Shown here piece by piece: positions 20,311 to 31,158 of a stretch of 56,212 bases of DNA. The stretch covers positions 1 through 56,212 of the forward strand of contig CAXHAT010000022.1 of NCBI GenBank assembly GCA_964014485.1. Reading direction: 5' to 3'. The position numbers and the translations under genes were made by a program. Under the pieces are notes generated by a model. It saw only the letters and a program-made list of their open reading frames with translations. It ran no database searches and was not told the origin of the DNA. The stretch's first letter is position 1. Every line of letters begins with the position of its first letter. Source of the stretch: an uncultured Deferribacteres bacterium (GTDB taxonomy: Bacteria > Zhuqueibacterota > Zhuqueibacteria > Zhuqueibacterales > Geothermadaptataceae).

Positions 20311-20898
20311 ATGAAAATCAAAAGCGCGGAGTTTGTCGCTAGCTTCACCGCACTCTCGCAACTCCCCAAAAAACGCCTGCCTGAAATCGCTTTCGCCGGA
20401 CGGTCTAACGTTGGCAAATCAAGCTTGATTAACAAGATTTTGAACCGCAAAAAACTCGCAAAAACCAGCGGAACTCCTGGGAAAACGCGCCAGCTAAATT
20501 ATTTTTTAATCAACGACGCTTTCCACTTTGTCGATTTGCCGGGCTACGGTTTTGCTAAAGTCCCCAAAACAGAGCGGCAGCAGTGGCGGCGCTTAATCGA
20601 AGCCTATCTGAGCAAAAACCAACATCTGCGCGTCGTCGTTTCACTCATCGATTCACGCATGGGGCCGACGGCGTTAGACCTGGAACTTATCGAATGGCTG
20701 GCGCATTTGGAAATTCCGATCTTGGCTGTTGCTACGAAGCTGGACAAGTTGAGCCGTAACCAGGCCAAACAAGCCGAGGCCCGGATTACTTCCGCTATTG
20801 AACGTTATCCTGTCAACGGGCCAATTTTCTGCTCTGCAAAAACCGGAGCGGGGAAATCGGCCTTGCTCTTAAGCTTAAAATCCTTTTTGGAGAATTGA
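20311..20898 (+). CDS. engB: Ribosome biogenesis GTPase YihA/YsxC
   Basis: GRSNVGKSS, PGKT, DLPGYG, TKLDK; follows lon. Confidence 0.96.
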   Translation: MKIKSAEFVASFTALSQLPKKRLPEIAFAGRSNVGKSSLINKILNRKKLAKTSGTPGKTRQLNYFLINDAFHFVDLPGYGFAKVPKTERQQWRRLIEAYLSKNQHLRVVVSLIDSRMGPTALDLELIEWLAHLEIPILAVATKLDKLSRNQAKQAEARITSAIERYPVNGPIFCSAKTGAGKSALLLSLKSFLEN

Positions 20899-20903
20899 TT
20901 CAT

Positions 20904-22061
20904 ATGCGTCCTCGCCTTTATACGCCAGGTCCGACCCAAATCCCGGACGAAGTCATCAATGTCATGTCCCAGCCAATGCGGCACCACCGGTCCGCAGATT
21001 TCAAAAAACTGTTCAAGGAAACGTCGCGAAATTTGAACCAGTTGTTCAAAACCGAAGACGACGTTTTGACGCTGACCTGTTCCGGCACCGGAGCGATGGA
21101 AAGCGCGATTGTCAATATTCTGAGCGCAGGGGAGAAAGTCCTGAGCATTGAGGGCGGGAAATTTGGCGAGCGTTGGGGGGATGTGTCGCGAACGTTCGGT
21201 CTCAATGTCGTTTCGGTTGAAGTGCCTTGGGGAAAGACGCTCGATCTTGATGATTTTAAAGCCAAACTTCTGGAGCATTCGGACGCCAGAGCTGTGATTG
21301 TGACGCACAGCGAGACTTCCACCGGAGTCGCGTTTGACGTACAGACGATCACTGAATTAACGCACCAACACAGTGACGCCGTCGTAATTGTCGACGGTAT
21401 CACTTCGGTCGGCGTTTTGCCTTTTTATAAAGATGAGTGGGGCGTGGACGTGGTCGTTTCAGGCTCGCAAAAAGGCGCGATGGTGCCGTCCGGGCTGGCT
21501 TTTGTTGCGCTCAACGAAAAGGCTTGGCGTTTAGCGGAAAAGAGCAACTTGCCGAAATTCTATTTCGACTTGCCCAAAGCCAGAAAAGCGTTGGACAACG
21601 ACACAACGCCGTTTACGCCGGCGGTGACTATGATTTTGGGGCTGCACACATCTTTGAATATGATGCTCGAAAGAGGCGTTGAACATTTTTGGAGCAAGTA
21701 TGCGCGCCTTGCTCACTCAACGCGAGAGGGCGCGAAAGCCGTCGGGTTAGAGCTTTTTGCGGAAACGCCCAGCAACGCGTTGACCGCTATCAAAATTCCT
21801 GAGAACATCGACGGGGTTGCGTTTGTGAACTGCTTGCGTGAAAAATACAATATCACCGTAGCGGGCGGACAGGCGCAGCTAAAGGGCAATATTTTTCGCG
21901 TCGCCCACATGGGCTATTATGATCATCTTGACATGGTGGCGTTTGCATCCGCAATGGAATTGGCGCTGAAAGATCACGGCTGGGAATTTGAGCTTGGGCG
22001 AGCGGTTGCAACCGTGCAAATTGCATATTCAAACGATCTGGAATTATCTCTTGCGAAATAA
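20904..22061 (+). CDS. Class V PLP aminotransferase (serine-pyruvate/alanine-glyoxylate type)
   Basis: TPGPT, SGTGAMES, HSETSTGV, SGSQKG (PLP lysine), FRVAHMG. Confidence 0.92.
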   Translation: MRPRLYTPGPTQIPDEVINVMSQPMRHHRSADFKKLFKETSRNLNQLFKTEDDVLTLTCSGTGAMESAIVNILSAGEKVLSIEGGKFGERWGDVSRTFGLNVVSVEVPWGKTLDLDDFKAKLLEHSDARAVIVTHSETSTGVAFDVQTITELTHQHSDAVVIVDGITSVGVLPFYKDEWGVDVVVSGSQKGAMVPSGLAFVALNEKAWRLAEKSNLPKFYFDLPKARKALDNDTTPFTPAVTMILGLHTSLNMMLERGVEHFWSKYARLAHSTREGAKAVGLELFAETPSNALTAIKIPENIDGVAFVNCLREKYNITVAGGQAQLKGNIFRVAHMGYYDHLDMVAFASAMELALKDHGWEFELGRAVATVQIAYSNDLELSLAK

Positions 22062-22064
22062 AGC

Positions 22065-23000
22065 ATGAAAATCATTTTAACTGACAATATCTCGGAACGC
22101 GCCGGAAAGATGCTGGCGGAGTTTGGTTATGAAACGGAAAATTTGCCAACGCCGACGCCGGAAAAATTAAAGACTTTGCTGGATGCTTGCGACGCCATCG
22201 TCATTCGCAGCGCCACGCGAATCGGCGGGGATTTACTGCGTGACGAAAAACGTTTGAAACTGATTGTTCGCGGCGGCGTTGGCGTAGACAACATCGATAT
22301 TGCAGCGGCAAAAAAGTGCGGTATTGCAGTGGCTAATACGCCGGGAGCGAATTCAATAGCTACGGCGGAATTGGCTTTTTCAATGATGCTGGCATTGGCT
22401 CGAAATCTTGCTCCGGCTCACAATTCGGTGCAAAGCGGAGAATGGGAGCGTGCAAACTGGCGCGGCGTTGAGTTGTTCGGTAAAACGCTCGGCGTTATTG
22501 GGTTTGGCAGAATTGGCCGCGAAATCTCGAAGCGCGCACTGGCTTTTGGTATGGACGCTCTGGCTTATGATCCGTTTTTGAGCGAAAATATGATTCGTCA
22601 AGCTGGCGCGTCGCCTCTGAGTCTGGATGAAATTTTCAGGCGCGCTGATTTTATCACGCTGCACGTGCCGTTGAACGACGAAACGCGCTACATGATCAAC
22701 GCAAACTCAATCGAAAAGCTGCGAGACGGCGTGCGGATTGTCAACTGCGCGCGCGGCGGGCTGATTGATGAGGCCGCCGCCGCACAAGCACTGGATTCTG
22801 GAAAGATCGCCGGGCTTGCGCTCGATGTTTATGAGCAGGAACCGCCGTTGCCGGAGAACCCGCTTTTGGGTCGGGAAAATGTACTCACAGCGCCGCACCT
22901 TGGCGCCTATTCGCGCGAAGCGCAGACAAAAGTCGCTGATGAAGTGGTTGATGTTGTTCACAAATTTTTTTCCGAAGGCGCGCATCCCAATGTGTTCTGA
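22065..23000 (+). CDS. serA: D-3-phosphoglycerate dehydrogenase, short form without ACT domain
   Basis: GVGVDNID, GFGRIG, NCARGG, DVYEQEP, PHLGA. Confidence 0.82.
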   Translation: MKIILTDNISERAGKMLAEFGYETENLPTPTPEKLKTLLDACDAIVIRSATRIGGDLLRDEKRLKLIVRGGVGVDNIDIAAAKKCGIAVANTPGANSIATAELAFSMMLALARNLAPAHNSVQSGEWERANWRGVELFGKTLGVIGFGRIGREISKRALAFGMDALAYDPFLSENMIRQAGASPLSLDEIFRRADFITLHVPLNDETRYMINANSIEKLRDGVRIVNCARGGLIDEAAAAQALDSGKIAGLALDVYEQEPPLPENPLLGRENVLTAPHLGAYSREAQTKVADEVVDVVHKFFSEGAHPNVF

Positions 23001-23049
23001 GGTAATCTGGGTGCGGGCTGCCCTGATAAATGAAAAACGCCCCGTTTTT

Positions 23050-23076
23050 GTCATTCTCGCGGATGCGGGAATCCAG
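23050..23076. repeat. GTCATTCCCGCG..GCGGGAATCC-type REP-like palindrome
   Basis: gtcattctcgcggatgcgggaatccag; related half copy gtcattcccgcgcaggcg at 56145-56162. Confidence 0.65.
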
Positions 23077-23176
23077 GAAAAACAAAAATTTATAGATTGT
23101 CGCATGTAACCGTTCAGCTATCAACAGCCGGCTTTCAGCAATTGAAATTAGCAGCCAATAGCTTCCAGGCAGCTCT

Positions 23177-23251
23177 TTTCGGAGTGCTACGATTCACCGT
23201 CGAGAGTGACGGTAAATCACCCCCCAAACGCTGAAGCGTTTGACTCCGAAA
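23177..23251. repeat. REP-doublet-like element with TGAAG-loop hairpin
   Basis: tttcggagt...actccgaaa inverted ends with inner hairpin caaacgctgaagcgtttg (23225-23242). Confidence 0.55.
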
Positions 23252-23274
23252 CGTCATAGAAAATAAATTCGAAT

Positions 23275-24636
23275 ATGTCCAAAATTCTGCTTGCCGAAGA
23301 CGACCGGAACACGCTTTCCGGACTCGTCGAAATTCTCAAACAAGAAGGCTACGAAGTTGTCGGCGTAGACAGCGCAAAAAAAGCGTTAAAGCTGCTCGAA
23401 CGCGAAAGTTTCAACGTGCTTTTGACCGACCTGCGTATGCCCGGCATGGACGGCATGGAACTATTTGAGCAGTCGCGGCAAATCGCCCCCGAGCTGAAGA
23501 CGATCGTTATGACGGCCTTCAGCAATGTGAAAGACGCCGTCAACGCGATGAAAATCGGCGTGTATGAATATTTGACCAAGCCGATTGACCTCGACGAGCT
23601 TTTCGTCATCCTCGAAAAAGCAATTTCCGAACACAATCTAGAGCAAGAAAACGAAGCGCTGAAGGATAAGCTGCAAGGCGTTTATCGTTTCCAAAATATC
23701 ATCGGCAAGAGCGAGCCGATGCAAAAAGTTTTTAGAACGATTGAGAAGGTGGCGCGCAGCGACGCCACCGTTTTGATTCGCGGCGAAAGCGGGACGGGAA
23801 AAGAATTGGTCGCTCGTGCGATTCATTTTAACAGCCCGCGCGCGAAGAAGCCTTTGATGGAAATAAGCTGCGCCAGCTTCCCGGAAACGCTTTTGGAAAG
23901 CGAGTTGTTTGGCTACGAAAAGGGCGCTTTTACCGGCGCAACCAGCCGCCAAATCGGAAGGTTTGAAGCTGCGAATAACGGCACGGTTTTTCTCGATGAA
24001 ATCGGAGAGATTTCCGGCGGCGTGCAAACAAAACTGTTGCGCGTTTTGCAGGAACGGACGATCAATCGCCTTGGCAGCGCGGAGCCAATCAAGGTTGACG
24101 TTAGACTGATCACGGCGACGAATCGGGATTTGGAGCAAGCCATTTCCGATCAAAAATTTCGCGAAGATTTGTACTATCGGCTGAACGTCATCCCCATCGT
24201 GCTCCCGCCTCTGCGTGATCGCAGTGAAGATATTCCTTTGCTGATCGAACATTTTATCCAAAAATACTGCAAGCAAAACCAGCGCGGCGTCATTTCGCTC
24301 TCACAGTCCGCCTTAAATGTTTGCCAGGAACACCACTGGCCTGGAAACGTTCGCGAGCTCGAAAATGCTATTGAAAACGCCATCGTTCTTGGAGAAGGCG
24401 ACAAACTGCTGCCCGAGCATTTGCCAATCTCGGTTTTGTCGAGAAAAGCCGCGCCTTCAAACGCGGAAATGCTTCTGAACGCAGGAGAAACGTTTAGAGA
24501 AAAAATAGAATTTGCGGAACGCGTGGTGCTTGAAGACGCCATTAAAAAGTGCGGCGGCAATAAGTCTGAAGCGGCGAAACGCCTGGACATCAGTCTGAGA
24601 ACCATGCGCTATAAAATCAAAAAATACGAATTGTAG
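23275..24636 (+). CDS. Sigma54-dependent NtrC/AtoC-family response regulator
   Basis: REC (DLRMPGMDG), GESGTGKE, GAFTGA, WPGNVRELEN, Fis-type HTH. Confidence 0.96.
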   Translation: MSKILLAEDDRNTLSGLVEILKQEGYEVVGVDSAKKALKLLERESFNVLLTDLRMPGMDGMELFEQSRQIAPELKTIVMTAFSNVKDAVNAMKIGVYEYLTKPIDLDELFVILEKAISEHNLEQENEALKDKLQGVYRFQNIIGKSEPMQKVFRTIEKVARSDATVLIRGESGTGKELVARAIHFNSPRAKKPLMEISCASFPETLLESELFGYEKGAFTGATSRQIGRFEAANNGTVFLDEIGEISGGVQTKLLRVLQERTINRLGSAEPIKVDVRLITATNRDLEQAISDQKFREDLYYRLNVIPIVLPPLRDRSEDIPLLIEHFIQKYCKQNQRGVISLSQSALNVCQEHHWPGNVRELENAIENAIVLGEGDKLLPEHLPISVLSRKAAPSNAEMLLNAGETFREKIEFAERVVLEDAIKKCGGNKSEAAKRLDISLRTMRYKIKKYEL

Positions 24637-24676
24637 GCGGTGAGCCGCAGTTGTTTTTGCTAACGCCGGGTTTTGT

Positions 24677-25114
24677 ATGAAGAAAATTGTTGCTCTTTTT
24701 TGCGCTGGGGGCGTGGTAGCTTGCTTGTTTTTTGCCGCATCAAAGCCGACGGCTGCGCCTGCAAACGTTTTTCCTCAAGATTCTTTGGGGTGGAAAGCGT
24801 TTGACATGGGCGCGCTCGAAAAACAACTTTCCGAATCGGGGCGACCATACCTGCCATTTTTACGCGTTCCCACTTTAAGCAGCGGACTCTACAAGCTTCC
24901 CAAAGGCGGCGAAGACAAGCAGCAGCCGCATACGCAAGACGAAGTGTACTATGTCATTGCCGGGAAAGCCGTGCTCAGCGTTGGCGAAGAAGAAACGCTG
25001 GTTAAGCCAGGCTCTGTGATTTTCGTTAGAGCGGGCGTCGAGCATCGCTTTCATTCAATTGAAGAAGACTTGCAAGTGCTCGTATTTTTCTCGGCGGCAG
25101 AAAGCGAAGAATAA
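24677..25114 (+). CDS. Exported cupin-domain protein
   Basis: Signal peptide; QQPHTQDEVYYV...G...EHRFH cupin motifs. Confidence 0.85.
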   Translation: MKKIVALFCAGGVVACLFFAASKPTAAPANVFPQDSLGWKAFDMGALEKQLSESGRPYLPFLRVPTLSSGLYKLPKGGEDKQQPHTQDEVYYVIAGKAVLSVGEEETLVKPGSVIFVRAGVEHRFHSIEEDLQVLVFFSAAESEE

Positions 25115-25128
25115 ATCCCGCACTGACA

Positions 25129-26607
25129 ATGCTCCCACAAAATTTTCCTCACTTTGATCGCTACCGGCCCATCGTCGACGACTGGAGCGGCTTTTCTCAA
25201 AAAATAACCGAACATCTCCCCGTTTGTATTTGGATAAATTCTCTCCGGATTCAGCCGAATGAACTGATCAAATCTCTGCGAGGGGACGGGATCGAACCCG
25301 ATCGCCTTGCCTGGACGGAACACGGGCTGAAATGGCACTCAAAAAACAGTCCCGCGAAAACGTGGCAATTCAACGCCGGACTTTTTCAAGTTCAAGAAGA
25401 AGTCTCCATGTTGCCCGTGCAGTTTCTCGCTCCGCAACCCGGTGAACGTGTTCTTGATTTATGCGCCGCGCCCGGAAGTAAAACCGTTCAGGCGGCCATT
25501 GCCATGCAAAATCGCGGAACGGTGATCGCCAATGATATTAATGAAGGCAGGCTCAATATTATCAGCCAAAAACTCGTCCGCTTCGGCCTGCTGAACGTCG
25601 CGACAACCGTTTATGACGCGGGGAATTACCCCAAAGCCGCCGGAACCTTTGACCGTGTTTTGGTCGACGCGCCGTGCTCCAGCGAAGGAACGGTTCGTAA
25701 AAACCCGCACCTTCTGGAAAAAGCGAACGACAAGATGATAATAAGCCGAGCCAGAGCGCAGCGGGCTATGCTGCGACGCGCCGTCAAGCTTTGCAAACCG
25801 GGCGGCCGCATTGTGTATTCAACGTGTACTTTTGCGCCGGAAGAAAATGAAATGAATGTTGCTTGGGCGCTGGAAAATTCAGGCGATGCGCTTGAAGTTG
25901 AAGAAGTTCATTTGCCCGGATTTAGATGTGCAAGCGGCGTCACGAGCTGGCAGGGCGAGACTTTGCCGAGTGAATTGAAACACGCCGTTCGTTGTTGGCC
26001 GCATCACAATGACACAGGCGGTTTTTTCGTGGCGGTCATACGAAAAAAAACGCGAGCTTCATTCGCAGGCAAAAAAAACGAGTCTGCGAAAGAAACCGCT
26101 GTTTTAGAACAAACAGAAGATGCGCTCAAGCCTTATCGCGTTTCCCCCCAAAAGGCTGTCGCTGAGATTTGCCGGCGTTTTGATTTTGACGCCTCAATTT
26201 TTGATAAAATCGCACTCTGCCGGAAGAAAAAAACGGACGTTGCGTTTGTAGCGCAATCGATGCAGCCGACGCTTCACCCAAAGCCGAGAAGTATGGGGTT
26301 TTACGGGCTGAGACCGACCCTGGAACCGGCGAAACTTTCCACCGGCGGTTCGTTGTTTTTCGGCGCTTTTGCTTGCCAAAACGTCGTGAACCTGAGCACC
26401 GCACAAGTCCAAAAATACTATCGGCGAGAGGTGTTTGAGATTGAGCGGGAACAAATGAAAAACTGCACCGGCAGAGGCTACGTGATCGTGCGTTTCAGGG
26501 GTTTGACTCTCGGCTCAGGCTTTCTGCTGCAGGCAGGGGACGGAACAAATGTGCGTTTGAAAAGTCTTGTTCCAAAAGCGTGGGTAGTCGAAGTTACGCT
26601 CGTTTGA
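25129..26607 (+). CDS. RsmB/NOP2 (RsmF-like) RNA m5C methyltransferase
   Basis: DLCAAPGSKT, DAPCSSEG, YSTCTFAPEENE, GGFF. Confidence 0.92.
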   Translation: MLPQNFPHFDRYRPIVDDWSGFSQKITEHLPVCIWINSLRIQPNELIKSLRGDGIEPDRLAWTEHGLKWHSKNSPAKTWQFNAGLFQVQEEVSMLPVQFLAPQPGERVLDLCAAPGSKTVQAAIAMQNRGTVIANDINEGRLNIISQKLVRFGLLNVATTVYDAGNYPKAAGTFDRVLVDAPCSSEGTVRKNPHLLEKANDKMIISRARAQRAMLRRAVKLCKPGGRIVYSTCTFAPEENEMNVAWALENSGDALEVEEVHLPGFRCASGVTSWQGETLPSELKHAVRCWPHHNDTGGFFVAVIRKKTRASFAGKKNESAKETAVLEQTEDALKPYRVSPQKAVAEICRRFDFDASIFDKIALCRKKKTDVAFVAQSMQPTLHPKPRSMGFYGLRPTLEPAKLSTGGSLFFGAFACQNVVNLSTAQVQKYYRREVFEIEREQMKNCTGRGYVIVRFRGLTLGSGFLLQAGDGTNVRLKSLVPKAWVVEVTLV

Positions 26608-26668
26608 GGTTTTCGAGAGATGTTGCTCGAAGAATTCGAGAGGCTTTTCAGGGAGGCGACGGAAGAAA

Positions 26669-29338
26669 ATGTTATCTTATCATGCTCGGAAAAAATGTCA
26701 AGAATCGGGTTTTTTAAATAAAACTTTGGCATGGATCATTTTAAGCGTTTTCGTGATGCCGGTCTCCGCACAACAAAATGCCGTAATCCAGGGCTTGGTT
26801 CGTGACGCCGAGACGAGCCAACCTTTGCCAGGCGCAAATATCGTCATCGTCGGGACGCAGCGCGGCGCAGCCTCAGACGAAAACGGAAATTTTGAGGTCA
26901 GGAACGTACCGCCGGGCGACTACGAATTGGCCGTTTTGATGATTGGCTATGAAACGCATCGGGCGAACGTCTCCTTAAAATCTTCCCAAAGACTCGATCT
27001 ACAATTCTCCCTAAAACCAGTTGCGCTCAAAGGCGGGGAAGTCAGCGTTGAGGCGGAGCGGGTGGAAGACGCGCGTCTGGAAATCTCCCCCGCGACCTTT
27101 GACATTTCTCCACGATTGATCCAAACTTCCGCCGGCGCTTTTGAAGATGTTCTTCGAGCCGTCCAGGCGTTGCCGGGCGTGACCACGCCGAGCGACCTTT
27201 CCAATCAATTTATCGTGCGCGGCGGCTCTCCTGAGCAAAATCTGATCATCATGGACGGGGTGGAATTATACAGCCCGTATCGTCGCAACGGCATGGCGAG
27301 CGTTTTCAATCCGGCGCTGGTGCAGGACGTTCGGCTTTACGCCGGCGGTTTTCCGGCACTTTTCGGGGATCGGTTGTCGTCGGTTTTGGCGGTCAACTTG
27401 CGCGAGGGGACGACGACGAAATGGCTCGGCGGCAGAGTTAGCGCAAACGCGACCAATGCGAATCTGGTTCTTGAAGGCAAAACCGGCTTTCTCAACGGTT
27501 CGTGGATCGTGAGCAGCAGACGCAGTTTTTACGACCTGTTCGCGGAAGATTTTGTGCGCGACATCGGCATTGTCAACGACGTGGCGTTCCCGGATTTTGA
27601 AGACAGGATCGCCAAGCTCGTGCTCCGGCCTTCAGCAAAACACCGCCTGCAGTTCACAGGTTTTTACAGCCGCAATAACATGGACTATCTGGTCAAGGAA
27701 CAAGTCGGCGAACAGGTTTCCGACAACCCGGTCTTTGACGGCGACGACCAGATGAAAAACACTATTTACGGCGGATCGTGGTCGTTCATCCCTTCGGAAA
27801 AACTTCAAGGCCGCGTCTACGCCAACTGGTACCGCAACCAGGGCGCGAGCGATTTTGGCGGCAGTCTTTACTCGCATGGTTCGTTGCTGGGCAAAGATTT
27901 CTTCGACGGGGAGCTAATCTATTCAACGCCGCTTGGCGGAGAAGCGGACACGCTGGCGTTTGATTATGCGCAAAACTACAAATTTGACCGGCTCTCCAGC
28001 GGCGGTTGGATGATTTACCAGACCGGGAATCACATCGTCGAGGCGGGGTTCGGCGCTGATTTTCTCGACAATACGCTGGCTTCAACGCTTGACCTCGATC
28101 AGGTCGGCAAAAATGTTTTTGATGCGCTTTACGCCGCTTCCGGGTTTTTGGGCGCGCTGGCGGATACAGTCACGGCGGAAAGTCCCTACTCACGCTGGCA
28201 CGTCTATTTTCAAGACAAAATTTCCTTTTTTGAAAACCGCGCGTCGGTTCAGCCCGGCGTACGTTTGGATTACTACGGAACGAACGACCAATTCTACGCC
28301 TCCCCCCGCTTGGCGGCGCGTCTGGAAATTGATCCTTTGACGAGCGCGCGCTTTTCTTTCGGCCTGTTCCGCCAAAGTCCCGGCTATGAAAAGTTCCTCG
28401 ACGGCGGCAGGATTTTCGACCTGTTGCGCTTTTCCAGCATTTCGAATTTGAACGTGGAGTCGGGCACGCACAATATTTTTGGCTTGACGCGAAAATTGGA
28501 CGACAGGTTCGAGCTCTCGGTGGAAACTTACTGGAAGCAATTGAATGATCTTTTGACGCAGGATTACGAATTGGCCACGGTCCCCGTCGCGCGCCCAATC
28601 GGGCACGGCCCGCCTGCGACTCCGGCGGCTTATTTTGTAGAAAGCGGAACGGTGCTCAGGCAAACGCCGAACCCCGTGAACGATGCAACGGTAAAAGCCT
28701 ACGGGCTGGACTTGCGCCTGGAAAAGCGCGCCTTCGCCGGTGACCGCTGGAGCGGATCATTTTCCTATTCTCTCGGCAAAGCCACGCAGGAACAAACGAT
28801 CAACGGTCGACGGATTGCGCCCGCTTACCAGTACGACCGCCGCCACACGCTCAATCTTGCGGTAAATTATAACATGTTCTCGAATTTCCATTTTGGCGTG
28901 AATTGGAATTACGGCTCAGGCTTTCCTTACACGCCCGCGCTCCGCGTCGATCCAATTATTGGGGTTGGCGAAGACCCGTTCAACGCCGGCGACACGACGA
29001 CTTTTATCATTACCGATCCGGCCACCGGCTACGTTCGTTTCATCCCGGATTTTGGGCCGCCGGAAAATATCAATTCCGCGCGCCTGCCTGACTATCACCG
29101 CCTGGACGTGCGTCTTGCCTGGCGCAGCAATTCGAATCGCGCGCCGTTTGAGTTTTATATTGATTTGGTGAACGTTTACAATCGCAAAAACGTGTTTCAG
29201 TACGAGTCGATTATTCGAATAGAGGGGGATGACCAATCGCTGCCCGAGTCTCTGCGTTTCCCTAAACCGGCGCTGTTTTCGCGCCCGATTTACATGCTGC
29301 CGTTTGTCCCAAGCGTCGGGTTCAATGTCGCTTTTTAG
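26669..29338 (+). CDS. TonB-dependent receptor with carboxypeptidase-regulatory-like N-terminal domain
   Basis: GLVRDAETSQPLPGANI, plug motif VRGGSPEQNLIIMDG, RLPDYHRLD, NVYNRKN, C-terminal Phe. Confidence 0.92.
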   Translation: MLSYHARKKCQESGFLNKTLAWIILSVFVMPVSAQQNAVIQGLVRDAETSQPLPGANIVIVGTQRGAASDENGNFEVRNVPPGDYELAVLMIGYETHRANVSLKSSQRLDLQFSLKPVALKGGEVSVEAERVEDARLEISPATFDISPRLIQTSAGAFEDVLRAVQALPGVTTPSDLSNQFIVRGGSPEQNLIIMDGVELYSPYRRNGMASVFNPALVQDVRLYAGGFPALFGDRLSSVLAVNLREGTTTKWLGGRVSANATNANLVLEGKTGFLNGSWIVSSRRSFYDLFAEDFVRDIGIVNDVAFPDFEDRIAKLVLRPSAKHRLQFTGFYSRNNMDYLVKEQVGEQVSDNPVFDGDDQMKNTIYGGSWSFIPSEKLQGRVYANWYRNQGASDFGGSLYSHGSLLGKDFFDGELIYSTPLGGEADTLAFDYAQNYKFDRLSSGGWMIYQTGNHIVEAGFGADFLDNTLASTLDLDQVGKNVFDALYAASGFLGALADTVTAESPYSRWHVYFQDKISFFENRASVQPGVRLDYYGTNDQFYASPRLAARLEIDPLTSARFSFGLFRQSPGYEKFLDGGRIFDLLRFSSISNLNVESGTHNIFGLTRKLDDRFELSVETYWKQLNDLLTQDYELATVPVARPIGHGPPATPAAYFVESGTVLRQTPNPVNDATVKAYGLDLRLEKRAFAGDRWSGSFSYSLGKATQEQTINGRRIAPAYQYDRRHTLNLAVNYNMFSNFHFGVNWNYGSGFPYTPALRVDPIIGVGEDPFNAGDTTTFIITDPATGYVRFIPDFGPPENINSARLPDYHRLDVRLAWRSNSNRAPFEFYIDLVNVYNRKNVFQYESIIRIEGDDQSLPESLRFPKPALFSRPIYMLPFVPSVGFNVAF

Positions 29339-31100
29339 GGAAAAAAACTCAGCGGCCTATGGTTTCGCGGTCATTTTTCTGCTCAATTGCGCCGTGATTT
29401 TTTCAGCCCCCCGCGACTCTTTTGCAAAACAAGTAACGGTGATGGATTCACTTCACAGGCCGGTTGTTATCAAAACGACGGGCGCGATGAAGCCGCAAGA
29501 AATCTTCGCCGCACTTGGTTTTCAACTCCAAAATCCCGCCACAAATTTATCATTAGAACAGCTCTCGAAACAAATCCTGCGTCTGTTGAGCATCGAAGGC
29601 TTTTTGTTCGCCCGAATCGATTCTTTGGCAATCCAGCCGCTCCCGGATGAGCGTATTTTTGTAGAAATCGACGAAGGCCCAAGATTGAAATTGGCGGGCG
29701 TTATACTCGATGCGCCGGATTCTTTGAAATCATTTGCTGCGCTAAGAAAACTCGCGCAAGCGAACTCGCTGGAACGCCTGCAAAAAAGCGCCGCGGAAGT
29801 TTTGGACGCTCTGGGTGAAAGTGGACGGCTTTTTGCAAAAATTGAACTTCAGGCCGTCGTACTTGACTCCCTTGCCGACGCGCCGACAAGCTATAAACTC
29901 GGCGTGAAACTCGTCCCCGGAAAGATTGTTTACGCCGACAGCGTTCAGATTCTGGGCAATGATCAAACGCGACGCAGTTTGATCCTGCGCGAGCTTGGTT
30001 TGCGACAAGGCGCTGTCTTGAAGGAATCTTTTCTAACCGCCGTTCCTGACAGGCTGATGAAAACCGGCTTGTTTCGGCGCGTTTACCGGCCTGAGTTGTT
30101 GATTAGCCCGCGTCAGGATGCGATTCTGCAAATCAAAGTTGAAGAAGCGAATCAAAACACTTTCAATGGCGTGATCGGTTTTAACCCGGCGACCGAGACG
30201 GAACCCGGATTTATTTCCGGACTGTTTGACGTTGATTTTGGCAATCTCTTCGGCACGGGACGGAAGCTCTCCGCACGCTGGGAGAAACGCGGCAGAAACA
30301 CGCAGGATTTGGCCGTCGAATATTTTGAACCGCGAGTCCTAAACTTGCCGCTGAATCTGTCCGGTGGATTTGAGCAGCTTTTTCAAGACACGCTTTACAC
30401 GGACCGCAAATGGCGGTTGCAAGCCGAATTTCCGCTAACGCCGCAAATGCACATCGTGGGGAATCTCGAACGGGCCAGCATCAGTCCGGACACGGCAAGC
30501 GTCGGCGTTGTGCCCGGCAGTCAGGCTACGGCTTTCGGTTTTGGCTTGCGCTATAATTCGGCGAATGATCCGATTAATCCGCGATCCGGGGCTGTGTTTT
30601 TTTCACTGCTTGAACGTATTTCGAAAACGGAAACTGTAATTGGCGACCCAGAACAAGACGCTTTTGAGCAACAACGCCTGGTCGCCGATACGGAAGGTTA
30701 TCTGCCGGTTCGCGGAAATTCCGTCCTGGCGGTCGGGCTGCATTGGCGGCAGTTAATTAGCCGTCGGGCGATCAACCCAATCACGGACGTTTTTCGCTTT
30801 GGCGGGGCCAGGACGCTACGAGGGTATCGGGAAGAGCAATTCAACGGTTCGCGCATCGCCTGGGCAAATATTGAGTTGCGCTACTTGCTTTCGGCGCGCA
30901 GCCGCGCTTTTGTTTTTTTTGATCAAGGGTATTTTTACCGCAAAATCGACCAAACCGTGACGCAAGATTTCAAGCGTAGTTTTGGCTTTGGCGCGCGTAT
31001 CGAAACGGGGCTGGGGATTATTGGCGTGGATTACGCTCTTGGCGAAGGTGACGGATTGTCTCAGGGGAAAGTGCATGTGAGCCTGGTGAATGGATTTTAG
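29325..31100 (+). CDS. Omp85 (BamA/TamA-family) outer-membrane protein
   Basis: POTRA-like GNDQTRRSLILRE, NLFGTGR, GGARTLRGY loop, C-terminal Phe; ATG 29325 overlaps the upstream stop region. Confidence 0.88.
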   Translation: MSLFREKNSAAYGFAVIFLLNCAVIFSAPRDSFAKQVTVMDSLHRPVVIKTTGAMKPQEIFAALGFQLQNPATNLSLEQLSKQILRLLSIEGFLFARIDSLAIQPLPDERIFVEIDEGPRLKLAGVILDAPDSLKSFAALRKLAQANSLERLQKSAAEVLDALGESGRLFAKIELQAVVLDSLADAPTSYKLGVKLVPGKIVYADSVQILGNDQTRRSLILRELGLRQGAVLKESFLTAVPDRLMKTGLFRRVYRPELLISPRQDAILQIKVEEANQNTFNGVIGFNPATETEPGFISGLFDVDFGNLFGTGRKLSARWEKRGRNTQDLAVEYFEPRVLNLPLNLSGGFEQLFQDTLYTDRKWRLQAEFPLTPQMHIVGNLERASISPDTASVGVVPGSQATAFGFGLRYNSANDPINPRSGAVFFSLLERISKTETVIGDPEQDAFEQQRLVADTEGYLPVRGNSVLAVGLHWRQLISRRAINPITDVFRFGGARTLRGYREEQFNGSRIAWANIELRYLLSARSRAFVFFDQGYFYRKIDQTVTQDFKRSFGFGARIETGLGIIGVDYALGEGDGLSQGKVHVSLVNGF

Positions 31101-31158
31101 CGTTTATAAAACCGAGACAGACAGCGAGTGCAGACAGATGATTTTTAGGGCTTTATGT

